A stretch of 64,000 bases of DNA, from positions 1 through 64,000 of the forward strand of contig JASTWF010000036.1 in the NCBI GenBank assembly GCA_030390025.1, given 5' to 3'. A model generated the notes under the pieces. The model was not told where the DNA came from. It ran no database searches and saw only the letters and a list, made by a program, of their open reading frames with translations. The position numbers and the translations under genes were made by a program. Below are positions 11,628-23,000 of the stretch, piece after piece (the stretch's first letter is position 1; each line of letters begins with the position of its first letter). Source of the DNA: Squalus acanthias. Its lineage: Eukaryota.

Positions 11628-12926
11628 CAAACACTCCCAGGGCAGGTACAGCACGGGGTTCGATACAGAGTAAAGCTCCCTCTACACTGTCCCATCAAAC
11701 ACTCCCAGGGCAGGTACAGCACGGGGTTAGATACAGAGTAAAGCTCCCTCTACACTGTCCCCATCAAACACTCCCAGGGCAGGTACAGCACGGGGTTAGA
11801 TACAGAGTAAAGCTCCCTCTACACTGTCCCCATCAAACACTCCCAGGGCAGGTACAGCACGGGGTTAGATACAGAGTAAAGCTCCCTCTACACTATCCCA
11901 TCAAACACTCCCAGGGCAGGTTCAGCACGGGGTTAGATACAGAGTAAAGCGCCCTCTACACTGACCCATCAAACACTCCCAGGGCAGGTACAGCACGGGT
12001 TAGATACAGAGTAAAGCTCCCTCTACACTGTCCCCATCAAACACTCCCAGGGCAGGTACAGCACGGGTTAGCTATAGCGTAAAACGCCCTCTACACTGTC
12101 CCATGAAACACTCCCAGGACAGGTACAGCACGGGTTAGATACAGAGTAAAGCTCCCTCTACACTGCCCCATCAAACACTCCCAGGGCAGGTACAGCACGG
12201 GTTAGATAAAGAGTAAAGCTCCCTCTACACTGTCCCCATCAAACACTCCCAGGGCAGGTACAGCACGGGGTTAGATACAGAGTAAAACTCCCTCTACACT
12301 GCCCCGTCATACACTCCCAGGGCAGGTACAGCACGGGTTAGATACAGAGTAAAGCTCCCTCTACACTGTCCCATCAAACACTCCCAGGGCAGGTACAGCA
12401 CGGGGTTAGATACAGAGTAAAGCTCCCTCTACACTATCCCATCAAACACTCCCAGGGCAGGTACAGCACGGGGTTAGATACAGAGTAAAGCGCCCTCTAC
12501 ACTGACCCATCAAACACTCCCAGGGCAGGTACAGCACGGGTTAGATACAGAGTAAAGCTCCCTCTACACTGTCCCCATCAAACACTCCCAGGGCAGGTAC
12601 AGCACGGGTTAGCTATAGCGTAAAACTCCCTCTACACTGTCCCATGAAACACTCCCAGGACAGGTACAGCACGGGTTAGATACAGAGTAAAACTCCCTCT
12701 ACACTGTCCCATGAAACACTCCCAGGGCAGGTACAGCACAGGTTAGATACAGAGTAAAGCTCCCTCTACACTGCCCCATCAAACACTCCCAGGGCAGGTA
12801 CAGCACGGGTTAGATACAGAGTAAAGCTCCCTCTACACTGTCCCATCAAACACTCCCAGGGCAGGTACAACACGGGGTTAGATACAGAGTAAAGCTCTCT
12901 CCACACTGTCCCCATCAAACACTCCC
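11628..12926 (+). repeat. 68-69 bp minisatellite, about 19 units
   Basis: Same unit as 2010-2858. Confidence 0.95.
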
Positions 12927-13064
12927 GATCGACACTCCGGAAGTTACAAGTGGGGTAAAGCCAAGCCAGTGAGGTTGTCTCCTGCTGCCGATCGCTGAAG
13001 TCCCTCATCCCTGGAACCATTCTCGTAATTTGCTTAATTTACCGATAAGACAGACTGCACTCAC

Positions 13065-13104
13065 CTTCATCTGTGGGGTTGAGTTCGATACGTTCTCCGT
13101 CAAA
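13065..13104 (-). CDS. RAPGEF3: Epac1 40-nt exon LTENVSNSTPQMK
   Basis: ttctcag acceptor, GTGAGT donor; matches human LENGCGNASPQMK. Confidence 0.88.
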
Positions 13105-13179
13105 CTGAGAAGGAAAACAAACAGCTTTATTCTCCTGACACCTGGGTTTCCCCCCGAGACGAGCTTCCGAGCCCCACAT

Positions 13180-14436
13180 CCTCTGGCCAAGACCGCCTCT
13201 TTCCACCCTCCGTAACATCGCCTGTCTCCGCCCCTGCCTCAGCTCATCCGCTGCTGAAACCATCATTCCTGCCCTTTGTTACCTCCAGACTCGACTATTT
13301 CAACGCACTCCTGGCCGGCCTCCCACCTTCCACCCTCCCTAAACTTCATCTCATCCAAAACTCTGCTGCCCCCCGTGTCCTAACTCGCACCGAGTCCCGT
13401 TCACCCATCACCCCCTCCCCGAGCTCGCTGACCTACACTGGCTCCCGGTCCAGCAATGCCTCGATTTGAAAATTCTCATCCTCGTTTTCAAATCTCTCCA
13501 TGGCCTCCTCGCTCCCTCTCCCTATCTCTCAAACCTCCTCCAGCCCCTACAACCCTCCCTATCTCTGCAACCTCCTCCAGCCCCTACAACCCTCCCTATC
13601 TCTGTAACCTCCTCCAGCCCCTACAACCCTCCCTATCTCTGTAACCTCCTCCAGCCCCCTACAACCCTCCCTATCCCTGTAACCTCCTCCAGTCCCCTAC
13701 AACCCTCCCTATCTCTGTAACCTCCTCCAGCCCCCTACAATCCTCCCTATCTCTGTAATCTGCTCCAGCCCCCTACAACCCTCCCTATCTCTGTAACCTC
13801 CTCCAGCCCCCTACAACCCTCCCTATCTCTGTAACCTCCTCCAGCCCCCTACAACCCTCCCTATCTCTGTAACCTCCTCCAGTCCTCTACAACCCTCCCT
13901 ATCTCTGTAACCTCCTCCAGCCCCCTACAACCCTCCCTATCTCTGTAACCTCCTCCAGCCCCCTACAACCCTCCCTATCTCTGTAACCTCCTCCAGCCCC
14001 CTACAACCCTCCCTATCTGTGTAACCTCCTCCAGCCCCCTACAACCCTCCCTATCTCTGTAACCTCCTCCAGCCCCCTACAACCCTCCCTATCTGTTTAA
14101 CCTCCTCCAGCTCCTGCAACCCTCCCCATCTCTGTAACCTCCTCCAGCCCCCTACAACCCTCCCTATCTCTGTAACCTCCTCCAGCCCCTACAACCCTCC
14201 CTATCTCTGTAACCTCCTCCAGCCCCTACAACCCTCCCTATCTCTGTAACCTCCTCCAGCCCCCTACAACCCTCCCTATCTCTGTAACCTCCTCCAGCCC
14301 ATACAACCCTCCCAGATCTCTGCGCTCCTCCAATTCTGGCCTCTTGCGCATCCCCCCCGATTCCCATCGCTCCACCATTGGCGGCCGTGCCTTCAGCCGC
14401 CTGGGCCCCAAGCTCTGGAATTCCCTCCCTAAACCT
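13180..14436 (+). mobile_element. L2-type LINE fragment with internal 37-38 bp array (about 13515-14312)
   Basis: SRLDY.N.LLAGLP and LHWLP motifs; unit CCTCCTCCAGCCCCCTACAACCCTCCCTATCTCTGTAA. Confidence 0.85.
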
Positions 14437-14437
14437 C

Positions 14438-15252
14438 AGGCAGCGCCTTCCAGATCCTGACCACTCGCTGCGTAAAAAAGTTTCTCATGTCGCCTCTGGT
14501 TATTTTGCCAATCACCTTAAATCTGTGTCCTCTGGTTCTCGACCCTTCCGCCAATGGGAACAGTTTCTCTCCATCTAGACCCCCTCATGATTTTGAACAC
14601 CTCTATCAAATCTCCTCTCAACCTTCTCTGCTCCAAGGAGAACATCCCCAGCTTCTCCAGTCTCTCCGCGTAACTGAAGTCCCTCATCCCCTGGAACCAT
14701 TCTGGTCAATCTCCCCCTTAACCTTCCCTGCTCCAAGGAGAACATCCCCAGCTTCTCCACGTCACTGAAGTCCCTCATCCCCTGGAATCATTCTCGTAAT
14801 TTGCTTAACTCACCGATAAAAACACAAGAAACAGGAGGAGTAGTAGGCCATACGGCCCTGCTTCGAGCCTGCTCCACCATTCAATAAGATCATGGCGGAT
14901 CTTCGACCTCAACTCCACTTTCCCGCCCGATCTCCATATCCCTCGATTCCCCTAGAGTCCAAAAAATCTATCGATCTCAGTCTTTAATATACTCAACGAC
15001 TGAGCATCCACAGCCCTCAGGGGTAGAGAATTCCAAAGATTCACCACCCTCCGAGTGAAGAAATTCCTCCTCATCTCAGTCCTAAATGGCCGAACCCTTA
15101 TCCTGAGACTGTGACCCCTGGTTCTAGACTCCCCAGCCAGGGGGAGGAAACAGCCTCTCAGCATGTACCCTGTCAATCCCCCTTCAGAATCTTATAGGTT
15201 TCAACGAGATCACCTCTCATTCTTCTAAACTCCAGAGAGTGAAGGCCCATTC
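14438..15252 (-). mobile_element. Two CR1 fragments
   Basis: Reverse-strand CR1 ORF2 C-terminal peptides. Confidence 0.85.
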
Positions 15253-15297
15253 TTGAACCCTAGCCCCTCTAACCCGCGTAACAGCTCCTGCACTTAC

Positions 15298-15380
15298 TTC
15301 CTGGTCTTCCTCCGCTCGGTGACCTCTTCCTTTAAGGCGTCGCTCAGTTCAGTGTCCTTTGCAACCGTAGCCTCGAACTC
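15298..15380 (-). CDS. RAPGEF3: Epac1 exon EFEATVAKDTELSDALKEEVTERRKTR(N)
   Basis: AAG acceptor, GTAAGT donor; phases fit both neighbours; aligns to human KLSDLVGRDTRLSNLLREQWPERRR. Confidence 0.85.
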
Positions 15381-15390
15381 CTTGTTCATT

Positions 15391-15923
15391 GAAAGAAAGA
15401 AAGACTTGCATTTCTCCGGCGCCTTTCACCACCTCAGGACGTCCCAAAGCCCTTTTACAGCCAATGAAGTACATTTTTTTTTTGAAGTGTGGTCGCTGTT
15501 GTAATTTAGGAAACGCGGCAGCCAATTTGCGCACAGCAAGCTCCCACAAACAGCAATGTGATCAATGACCAGATCATCTGTTTTTTTTTAGTGATGTTGG
15601 TTGAGGGATAAATATTGGCCCCAGGACACCGGGGAGAACTCCCGCCCACACCCCCCCGACTCTTTTTCCAATAGTGGCCGTGGGATCTTTTACATCCACC
15701 AGAGAGAGCAGACGGGGTCTCGGTTTTAACGTCTCATCCGACAGATGGCCCCTCCGACAGTGCGGCGCTCCCTCAGTACTGCCCCTCCGACAGTGCGGCG
15801 CTCCCTCAGTACTGCCCCTCCGACAGTGCGGCCCTCCCTCAGTACTGCCCCTCCGACAGTGCGGCGCTCCCTCAGTACTGCCCCTCCGACAGTGCGGCGC
15901 TCCCTCAGTACCGCCCCTCCGAC
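15391..15923 (-). mobile_element. Deu-SINE with short 33-bp array; its tail abuts an exon acceptor
   Basis: (TTTC)n tail at 15391-15404, Deu domain, array 15748-15923. Confidence 0.85.
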
Positions 15924-15954
15924 AATATTTCCATCATTTAATGTTTATATTTAG

Positions 15955-16310
15955 TGGGCTTGACAGGGTACATGCAGGGAGGATGTTTCCCCCTGGCTGG
16001 AGAGTCTAGAACCAGGGGTCACAATCTCAGGATAAGGGGTTGACCATTTAGGACTGAGATGAGGAGGAATTTCTTCACCCAGAGGGTGGTGAATCTTTGG
16101 AATTCTCTACCCCAGAGGGCTGTGGATGCTCAGTCGTTGAGTATATTCAAGGCTGAGAGCGATAGATTTTTGGACTCTAGGGGAATCGAGGGATATGGAG
16201 ATCGGGCGGGAAAGTGGAGTGGAGGTCGAAGATTAGCCATGATCTTACTGAATGGTAGAGCAGGCTCGAGGGGCCGAATGGCCGACACCTGCTCCTATTT
16301 CTTATGTTCT
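15955..16310 (+). mobile_element. CR1 3' fragment
   Basis: MRRNFFTQRVVNLWNSLP. Confidence 0.88.
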
Positions 16311-16439
16311 ACACGGCGATGAGGGGAGAGGGTGGGAAATGCCTCAGTCACGAGGCCTCGGCCATCGCGAGGGCGGCACGGGCTTTGAAGGACCAGTTGG
16401 TCTTTCCCCGGCCCCTTGGCTTTTGCACTTGTGTCTTAC

Positions 16440-16590
16440 CTCCAGGAAGCTTTGCGCCGCTGGGTCATCCTGCAGGTGTCTCCCGAGGAGTGCTACCCAC
16501 TGAGTGACGAGATGTACGATCTTCTGCTTCTTCACCAGCGAGTAGGCTGCTCTCTCCGTCTCCGATCCCTCAGAGGGCTCGGCACTGTAA
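16440..16590 (-). CDS. RAPGEF3: Epac1 REM exon YSAEPSEGSETERAAYSLVKKQKIVHLVTQWVALLGRHLQDDPAAQSFLE
   Basis: AC acceptor, GTAAG donor; matches human FHVEPAGGSEQERSTYVCNKRQQILRLVSQWVALY. Confidence 0.93.
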
Positions 16591-17771
16591 GTGAGAGGGC
16601 GTCAAGGACTCGTAACTGGAGTCGTCCCTTTCTCCGCTTAACCGACTATTATTCTGGACTCGACAATGTAGAAAGAAAGTACCTGCCCCCTCCGACAGTG
16701 AGGCGCTCCCTCAGTACTGCCCCTCCGACAGTGCGGCGCTCCCTCAGTACTGCCCCTCCGACAGTGCGGCGCTCCCTCAGTACCGCCCCTCCGACAGTGC
16801 GGCGCTCCCGCAGTACTGTCCCTCCGATAGTGCGGCGCTCCCTCAGTACCGCCCCTCCGACAGTGCGGCGCTCCCTCAGTACCGCCCCTCCGACAGTGCG
16901 GCACTCCCTCAGTACCGTCCCTCCGATAGTGCGGCGCTCCCTCAGTACTGTCCCTCCGACAGTGCGGCGCTCCCTCAGTACTGCCCCTCCGACAGTGCGG
17001 CGCTCCCTCAGTACTGCCCCTCCGACAGTGCGGCGCTCCCTCAGTACCGCCCCTCCGACAGTGCCACGTTCCCTCAGTACTGCCCCTCCGACAGTGCGGC
17101 GCTCCCTCAGTACTGCCCCTCCGACAGTGCTGCGCTCCTGAGTACTGTCCCTCCGATAGTGCGGCGCTCCCTCAGTACCGCCCCTCCGACAGTGCGGCGC
17201 TCCCTCAGTACCGCCCCTCCGACAGTGCGGCACTCCCTCAGTACCGTCCCTCCGATAGTGTGGCGCTCCCTCAGTATTGTCCCTCCGACAGTGAGGCGCT
17301 CCCTCAGTACCGCCCCTCCGACAGTGCCACGTTCCCTCAGTACTGCTCCTCCGACAGTGCGGCGCTCCCTCAGTACTGCCCCTCCGACAGTGCTGCGCTC
17401 CCTCAGTACTGCCCCTCCGACAGTGCCGCGCTCCCTCAGTACTGCCCCTCCGACAGTGCGGCGCTCCCTCAGTACCGCCCCTCCGACAGTGCGGCGCTCC
17501 CTCAGTACTGCCCCCCCGACAGTGCGGCGCTCCCTCAGTACTGTCCCTCTGACAGTGCGGCGCTCCCTCAGTACCGCCCCTCCGACAGTGCGGCGCTCCC
17601 TCAGTACTGCCCCTCCCACAGTGCGGCGCTCCCTCAGTACTGCCCCCCCGACAGTGCGGCGCTCCCTCAGTACTGTCCCTCTGACAGTGCGGCGCTCCCT
17701 CAGTACTGCCCCTCCGACAGTATTTCCGTCAGTTAATGTTGATATTTCACATTGTCAAATGAAAAGGATAT
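16591..17771 (-). other. U12-type (minor spliceosome) AT-AC intron, 1181 nt
   Basis: 5' ATATCCTTTTC, branch site TCCTTGAC (16608-16601), terminal AC (16592-16591); the splice CA|T gives an in-frame His. Confidence 0.92.
16684..17720 (-). repeat. 33-bp SINE-derived minisatellite inside the U12 intron, about 31 units
   Basis: Unit GCCCCTCCGACAGTGCGGCGCTCCCTCAGTACT. Confidence 0.95.
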
Positions 17772-17850
17772 TGGTTGAAGAGCGCGGTGTGGAGTTGGGT
17801 GGTTGGCATGAAGACAAAATGCAACAAAACAAAGTCGCCCAAAAAACTAT
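17772..17850 (-). CDS. RAPGEF3: Epac1 REM exon (D)SFLGDFVLLHFVFMPTTQLHTALFN(H), ending at a U12 AT donor
   Basis: cctgcag acceptor, followed by ATATCCTTT; matches human TFLSDFLLTHRVFMPSAQLCAALLHH. Confidence 0.93.
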
Positions 17851-17907
17851 CTGCAGGAGAAAACAAGATTGGACATCCATGAAAACCTTTAGCAGAAGGA
17901 TTTTCCC

Positions 17908-19092
17908 TCCTTCTCCCCATATCCCCCAACCCCAACTACCCACCTTCTCCCCATATCCCCAACCCCACCTACCCACCTTCTCCCCATATTCCTCAACCCC
18001 ACCTACCCACCTTCTCCCCATATCCCTCAACCCCACCTACCCACCTTCTCCCCATATACCTCAATCGCACCTTCTCCCCATATCCCTCAGTCCCACCAAC
18101 CCCACCTTCTCCCCATATCCCCAACCCCACCTTCTCCCCATTACCCTCAAACCCCATCCATCTTCTCCCCATATCCCTCAATCCCACATTCTCCCCATAT
18201 CCCTCAAACCCCACCTACCCACCTTCTCCCCATATCCCCCAACCCCACCTTCTCCCCATATCCCTCAACCCCACCTACCCACCTTCTCCCCATATCCCTC
18301 AATCCCACCTACGCACCTTCTCCCCATATCCCTCAATCCCACCCACCCACCTTCTCCCCATATCCCTCAATCCCACCCATCTTCTCCCCATATCCCTCAA
18401 CCCCACCCACCCACCTTCTCCCCATATCCCTCAACCCCACCTACCCACCTTCTCCCCATATCCCCAACCCCACCTACCCACCTTCCCCCCATATCCCCCA
18501 ACCCCACCTACCCACCTTCTCCCCATATCCCTCAACCCCACCTACCCACCTTCTCCCCATATCCCTCAACCCCACCTACCCACCTTCTCCCCATATCCCT
18601 CAACCCCACCTACCCACCTTCTCCCCATATCCCTCAACCCCACCTACCCACCTTCTCCCCATATACATCAACCCCACCTTCTCCCCATATCCCTCAACCC
18701 CACCTACCCCCCATATCCCTCAACCCCACCTACCCACCTTCTCCCCATATCCCTCAACCCCACCTACCCCCCATATCCCTCAACCCCACCTACCCACCTT
18801 CTCCCCATATCCCTCAACCCCACCTACCCCCCATATCCCTCAACCCCACCTACCCACCTTCTCCCCATATCCCTCAACCCCACCTACCCACCTTCTCCCC
18901 ATATCCCTCAACCCCACCTACCCACCTTCTCCCCATATACATCAACCCCACCTTCTCCCCATATCCCTCAACCCCACCTACCCACCTTCTCCCCATATCC
19001 CTCAACCCCACCTACCCCCCATATCCCTCAACCCCACCTACCCACCTTCTCCCCATATCCCTCAAACCCCACCTACCCATCTTCTCCCCATA
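17908..19092 (+). repeat. ~34-bp C-rich minisatellite (CTTCTCCCCATATCCCTCAACCCCACCTACCCAC)
   Basis: Tandem units with 26-29 bp deletion variants. Confidence 0.92.
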
Positions 19093-19099
19093 TGAGTAA

Positions 19100-19718
19100 G
19101 GGCTCAGAGTACAAAAGCAAGGAAGTTTCGCTAAATCTTTATAAATCACTGGTTAGGCCCCAGCTGGAGTATTGTGTCCAATTCTGGGCACCGCACTTTA
19201 GGAAGGATGTCAAGGGTCTTAGAGAGGGTGCGGAGGAGATTGACCAGAATGGTACCAGGGGATGAGGGGGTTCATTTACGTGGAGAGACTGGAGAAGCTG
19301 GGGTTGTTCTCCTTGGAGCAGAGAAGGTTAAGGGGAGATTTAATGGAGGCGTTCAAAATTACGAGGGGTTTTGATCGAGCAGGGAGGGAGAAACTATTCC
19401 CAGTGGCAGGAGGGTCGGTAACCAGACGACACAGATTTAAGATAATCGGCAAAAGAACCAGAGGGGGGAGATGAGGAGAAATGTTTTTTACGCAGCGAGT
19501 TGTTGTGATCTGGAACGCGCTGCCTGAAAGGGCGGTGGGAGCAGATTCAATAGTAACTTTCAAAAGGGGAATCGGATAAATACTTGAAGGGGAAAAATTC
19601 ACAGGGCTACGGGGGAAAGAGCAGGGGGAGAGTGGGACTAATTGGAGAGCTCTTTCAAAGAGCCGGCACAGGCACGATGGGCCGAATGGCCTCCTCCTGT
19701 GCTGTGTGATCCTACGAT
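19100..19718 (+). mobile_element. CR1 3' fragment (LEKLGLFSLEQRRL subfamily)
   Basis: ORF2 C-terminal peptides and 3'UTR. Confidence 0.88.
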
Positions 19719-19754
19719 GTTCTTCCCCAGGACGCGCGCTCGCTTAATCCCCAC

Positions 19755-19843
19755 CTGTTCGGTCGCTGTATATCGTGTCTAAACAGATGGTCTCCAGCAG
19801 GTATTCGAGGATTTTCTCAGGTGTCCCATACATCACAGAGTAT
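19755..19843 (-). CDS. RAPGEF3: Epac1 REM exon YSVMYGTPEKILEYLLETICLDTIYSDRT
   Basis: gacag acceptor, GTGGG donor; matches human YTVMSGTPEKILELLLE. Confidence 0.95.
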
Positions 19844-20004
19844 CTGTCACGAGAGAAGTGGCGAGTTAATCATCCCACGGGCTGCAGCATTTCAAATCCG
19901 ATTCAGAGCTCTCATTTCCCCCTCCCCCCGATTACCATTGTTGGGCTTCAAAAGTCCATAAAGGGGCACGGTAGAGTAGGGCCATTGAGTTTCATTCAAA
20001 TTGA

Positions 20005-23000
20005 AAGTCGTGGGTTCGAGCCCCACTCGAGAGACTTGAGCCCCATAATCCACGCTGCCAGTACTGAGGGAGCGCCGCACTGTCGGAGGGGCAGTACTGA
20101 GGGAGCGTCGCACTGTCGGAGGGGCAGTACTGAGGGAGCACCGCACTGTCGGAGGGGCCAGTACTGAGGGAGCGCCGCACTGTCGGAGGGGCGGTACTGA
20201 GGGAGCGCCGCACTGTCGGAGGGGGCTGTACTGAGGGAGCGCCGCACTGTCGGAGGGGGCTGTACTGAAGGAGCGCCGCACTGTCGGAGGGGCAGTACTG
20301 AGGGAGCGCCGCACTGTCGGAGGGGCGGTACTGAGGGAGCGCCGCACTGTCAGAGGGGCGGTACTGAGGGAGCGCCGGTACTGAGGGAGCGCCGCACTGT
20401 CGGAGGGGCGGTACTGAGGGAGCGCCGCACTGTCGGAGGGGCCAGTACTGAGGGAGCGTCGCACTGTCGGAGGGGCTGTACTGAGGGAGCACCGCACTGT
20501 CGGAGGGGCCAGTACTGAGGGAGCGCCGCACTGTCGGAGGGGCGGTACTGAGGGAGCGCCGCACTGTCGGAGGGGGCTGTACTGAGGGAGCGCCGCACTG
20601 TCGGAGGGGGCTGTACTGAAGGAGCGCCGCACTGTCGGAGGGGCGGTACTGAGGGAGCGCCGCACTGTCGGAGGGGCGGTACTGAGGGAGCGCCGCACTG
20701 TCAGAGGGGCGGTACTGAGGGAGCGCCGGTACTGAGGGAGCGCCGCACTGTCGGAGGGGCAGTACTGAGGGAGCGCCGCACTGTCGGAGGGGCCAGTACT
20801 GAGGGAGCGCCGCACTGTCGGAGGGGCAGTACTGAGGGAGCACCGCACTGTCGGAGGGGCCAGTACTGAGGGAGCGCCGCACTGTCGGAGGGGCGGTACT
20901 GAGGGAGCGCCGCACTGTCGGAGGGGGCTGTACTGAGGGAGCGCCGCACTGTCGGAGGGGGCTGTACTGAAGGAGCGCCGCACTGTCGGAGGGGCGGTAC
21001 TGAGGGAGCGCCGCACTGTCGGAGGGGCGGTACTGAGGGAGCGCCGCACTGTCAGAGGGGCGGTACTGAGGGAGCGCCGGTACTGTGGGAGCGCCGCACT
21101 GTCGGAGGGGCGGTACTGAGGGAGTGCCGCACTGTCGGAGGGGCCAGTACTGAGGGAGCGCCGCACTGTCGGAGGGGCGGTACTGAGGGAGCGCCGCACT
21201 GTCGGAGGGGGCTGTACTGAGGGAGCGCCGCACTGTCGGAGGGGGCTGTACTGAAGGAGCGCCGCACTGTCGGAGGGGCAGTACTGAGGGAGCGCCGCAC
21301 TGTCGGAGGGGCGGTACTGAGGGAGCGCCGCACTGTCAGAGGGGCGGTACTGAGGGAGCGCCGGTACTGAGGGAGCGCCGGACTGTCGGAGGGGCGGTAC
21401 TGAGGGAGCGCCGCACTGTCGGAGGGGCCAGTACTGAGGGAGCGTCGCACTGTCGGAGGGGCTGTACTGAGGGAGCACCGCACTGTCGGAGGGGCCAGTA
21501 CTGAGGGAGCGCCGCACTGTCGGAGGGGCGGTACTGAGGGAGCGCCGCACTGTCGGAGGGGGCTGTACTGAGGGAGCGCCGCACTGTCGGAGGGGGCTGT
21601 ACTGAAGGAGCGCCGCACTGTCGGAGGGGCGGTACTGAGGGAGCGCCGCACTGTCGGAGGGGCGGTACTGAGGGAGCGCCGCACTGTCAGAGGGGCGGTA
21701 CTGAGGGAGCGCCGGTACTGAGGGAGCGCCGCACTGTCGGAGGGGCAGTACTGAGGGAGCGCCGCACTGTCGGAGGGGCCAGTACTGAGGGAGCGCCGCA
21801 CTGTCGGAGGGGCAGTACTGAGGGAGCACCGCACTGTCGGAGGGGCCAGTACTGAGGGAGCGCCGCACTGTCGGAGGGGCGGTACTGAGGGAGCGCCGCA
21901 CTGTCGGAGGGGGCTGTACTGAGGGAGCGCCGCACTGTCGGAGGGGGCTGTACTGAAGGAGCGCCGCACTGTCGGAGGGGCGGTACTGAGGGAGCGCCGC
22001 ACTGTCGGAGGGGCGGTACTGAGGGAGCGCCGCACTGTCAGAGGGGCGGTACTGAGGGAGCGCCGGTACTGTGGGAGCGCCGCACTGTCGGAGGGGCGGT
22101 ACTGAGGGAGTGCCGCACTGTCGGAGGGGCAGTACTGAGGGAGCGCTGCACTGTCGGAGGGGCGGTACTGAGGGAGCGCCGCACTGTCGGAGGGGCGGTA
22201 CTGAGGGAGCGCCACGCTGTCGGAGGGGCAGTACTGAGGGAGCGTCGCACTGTCGGAGGGGCAGTACTGAGGGAGCGCCGAACTGTCGGAGGGGCGGTAC
22301 TGAGGGAGCGCCGCACTGTCGGAGGGGCGGTACTGAGGGAGCGCCGCACTGTCGGAGGGGCGGTACTGAGGGAGCGCCGCACTGTCGGAGGGGGCGGTAC
22401 TGAGGGAGCGCCGCACTGTCGGAGGGGGCGGTACTGAGGGAGCGCTGCACTGTCGGAGGGGCGGTACTGAGGGAGCGCCGCGCCGCACTGTCGGAGGGGC
22501 AGTACTGAGGGAGCGCCGCACTGTCGGAGGGGCGGTACTGAGGGAGCGCCACGCTGTCGGAGGGGCAGTACTGAGGGAGCGTCGCACTGTCGGAGGGGCA
22601 GTACTAAGGGAGCGCCGCACTGTCGGAGGGGCGGTACTGAGGGAGCGCCGCATTGTCGGAGGGGCGGTACTGAGGGAGCGCCGCACTGTCGGAGGGGGCG
22701 GTACTGAGGGAGCGCCGCACTGTCGGAGGGGGGCGGTACTGAGGGAGCGCCGCACTGTCGGAGGGGCCAGTACTGAGGGAGCGCCGCACTGTCGGAGGGG
22801 CGGTACTGAGGGAGCGCCGCACTGTCGGAGGGGCGGTACTGAGGGAGCGCCACGCTGTCGGAGGGGCAGTACTGAGGGAGCGTCGCACTGTCGGAGGGGC
22901 AGTACTAAGGGAGCGCCGCACTGTCGGAGGGGCGGTACTGAGGGAGCGCCGCACTGTCGGAGGGGCGGTACTGAGGGAGCGCCGCACTGTCGGAGGGGGC

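Noticed and set aside
17159..19099. 646-aa extensin-like plus-strand ORF
   Set aside because: Concatenated minisatellites antisense to a real exon.
20005..20060. tRNA genes at the B-box motifs (also about 7440, 50240, 63870)
   Set aside because: They are SINE heads without a complete cloverleaf.
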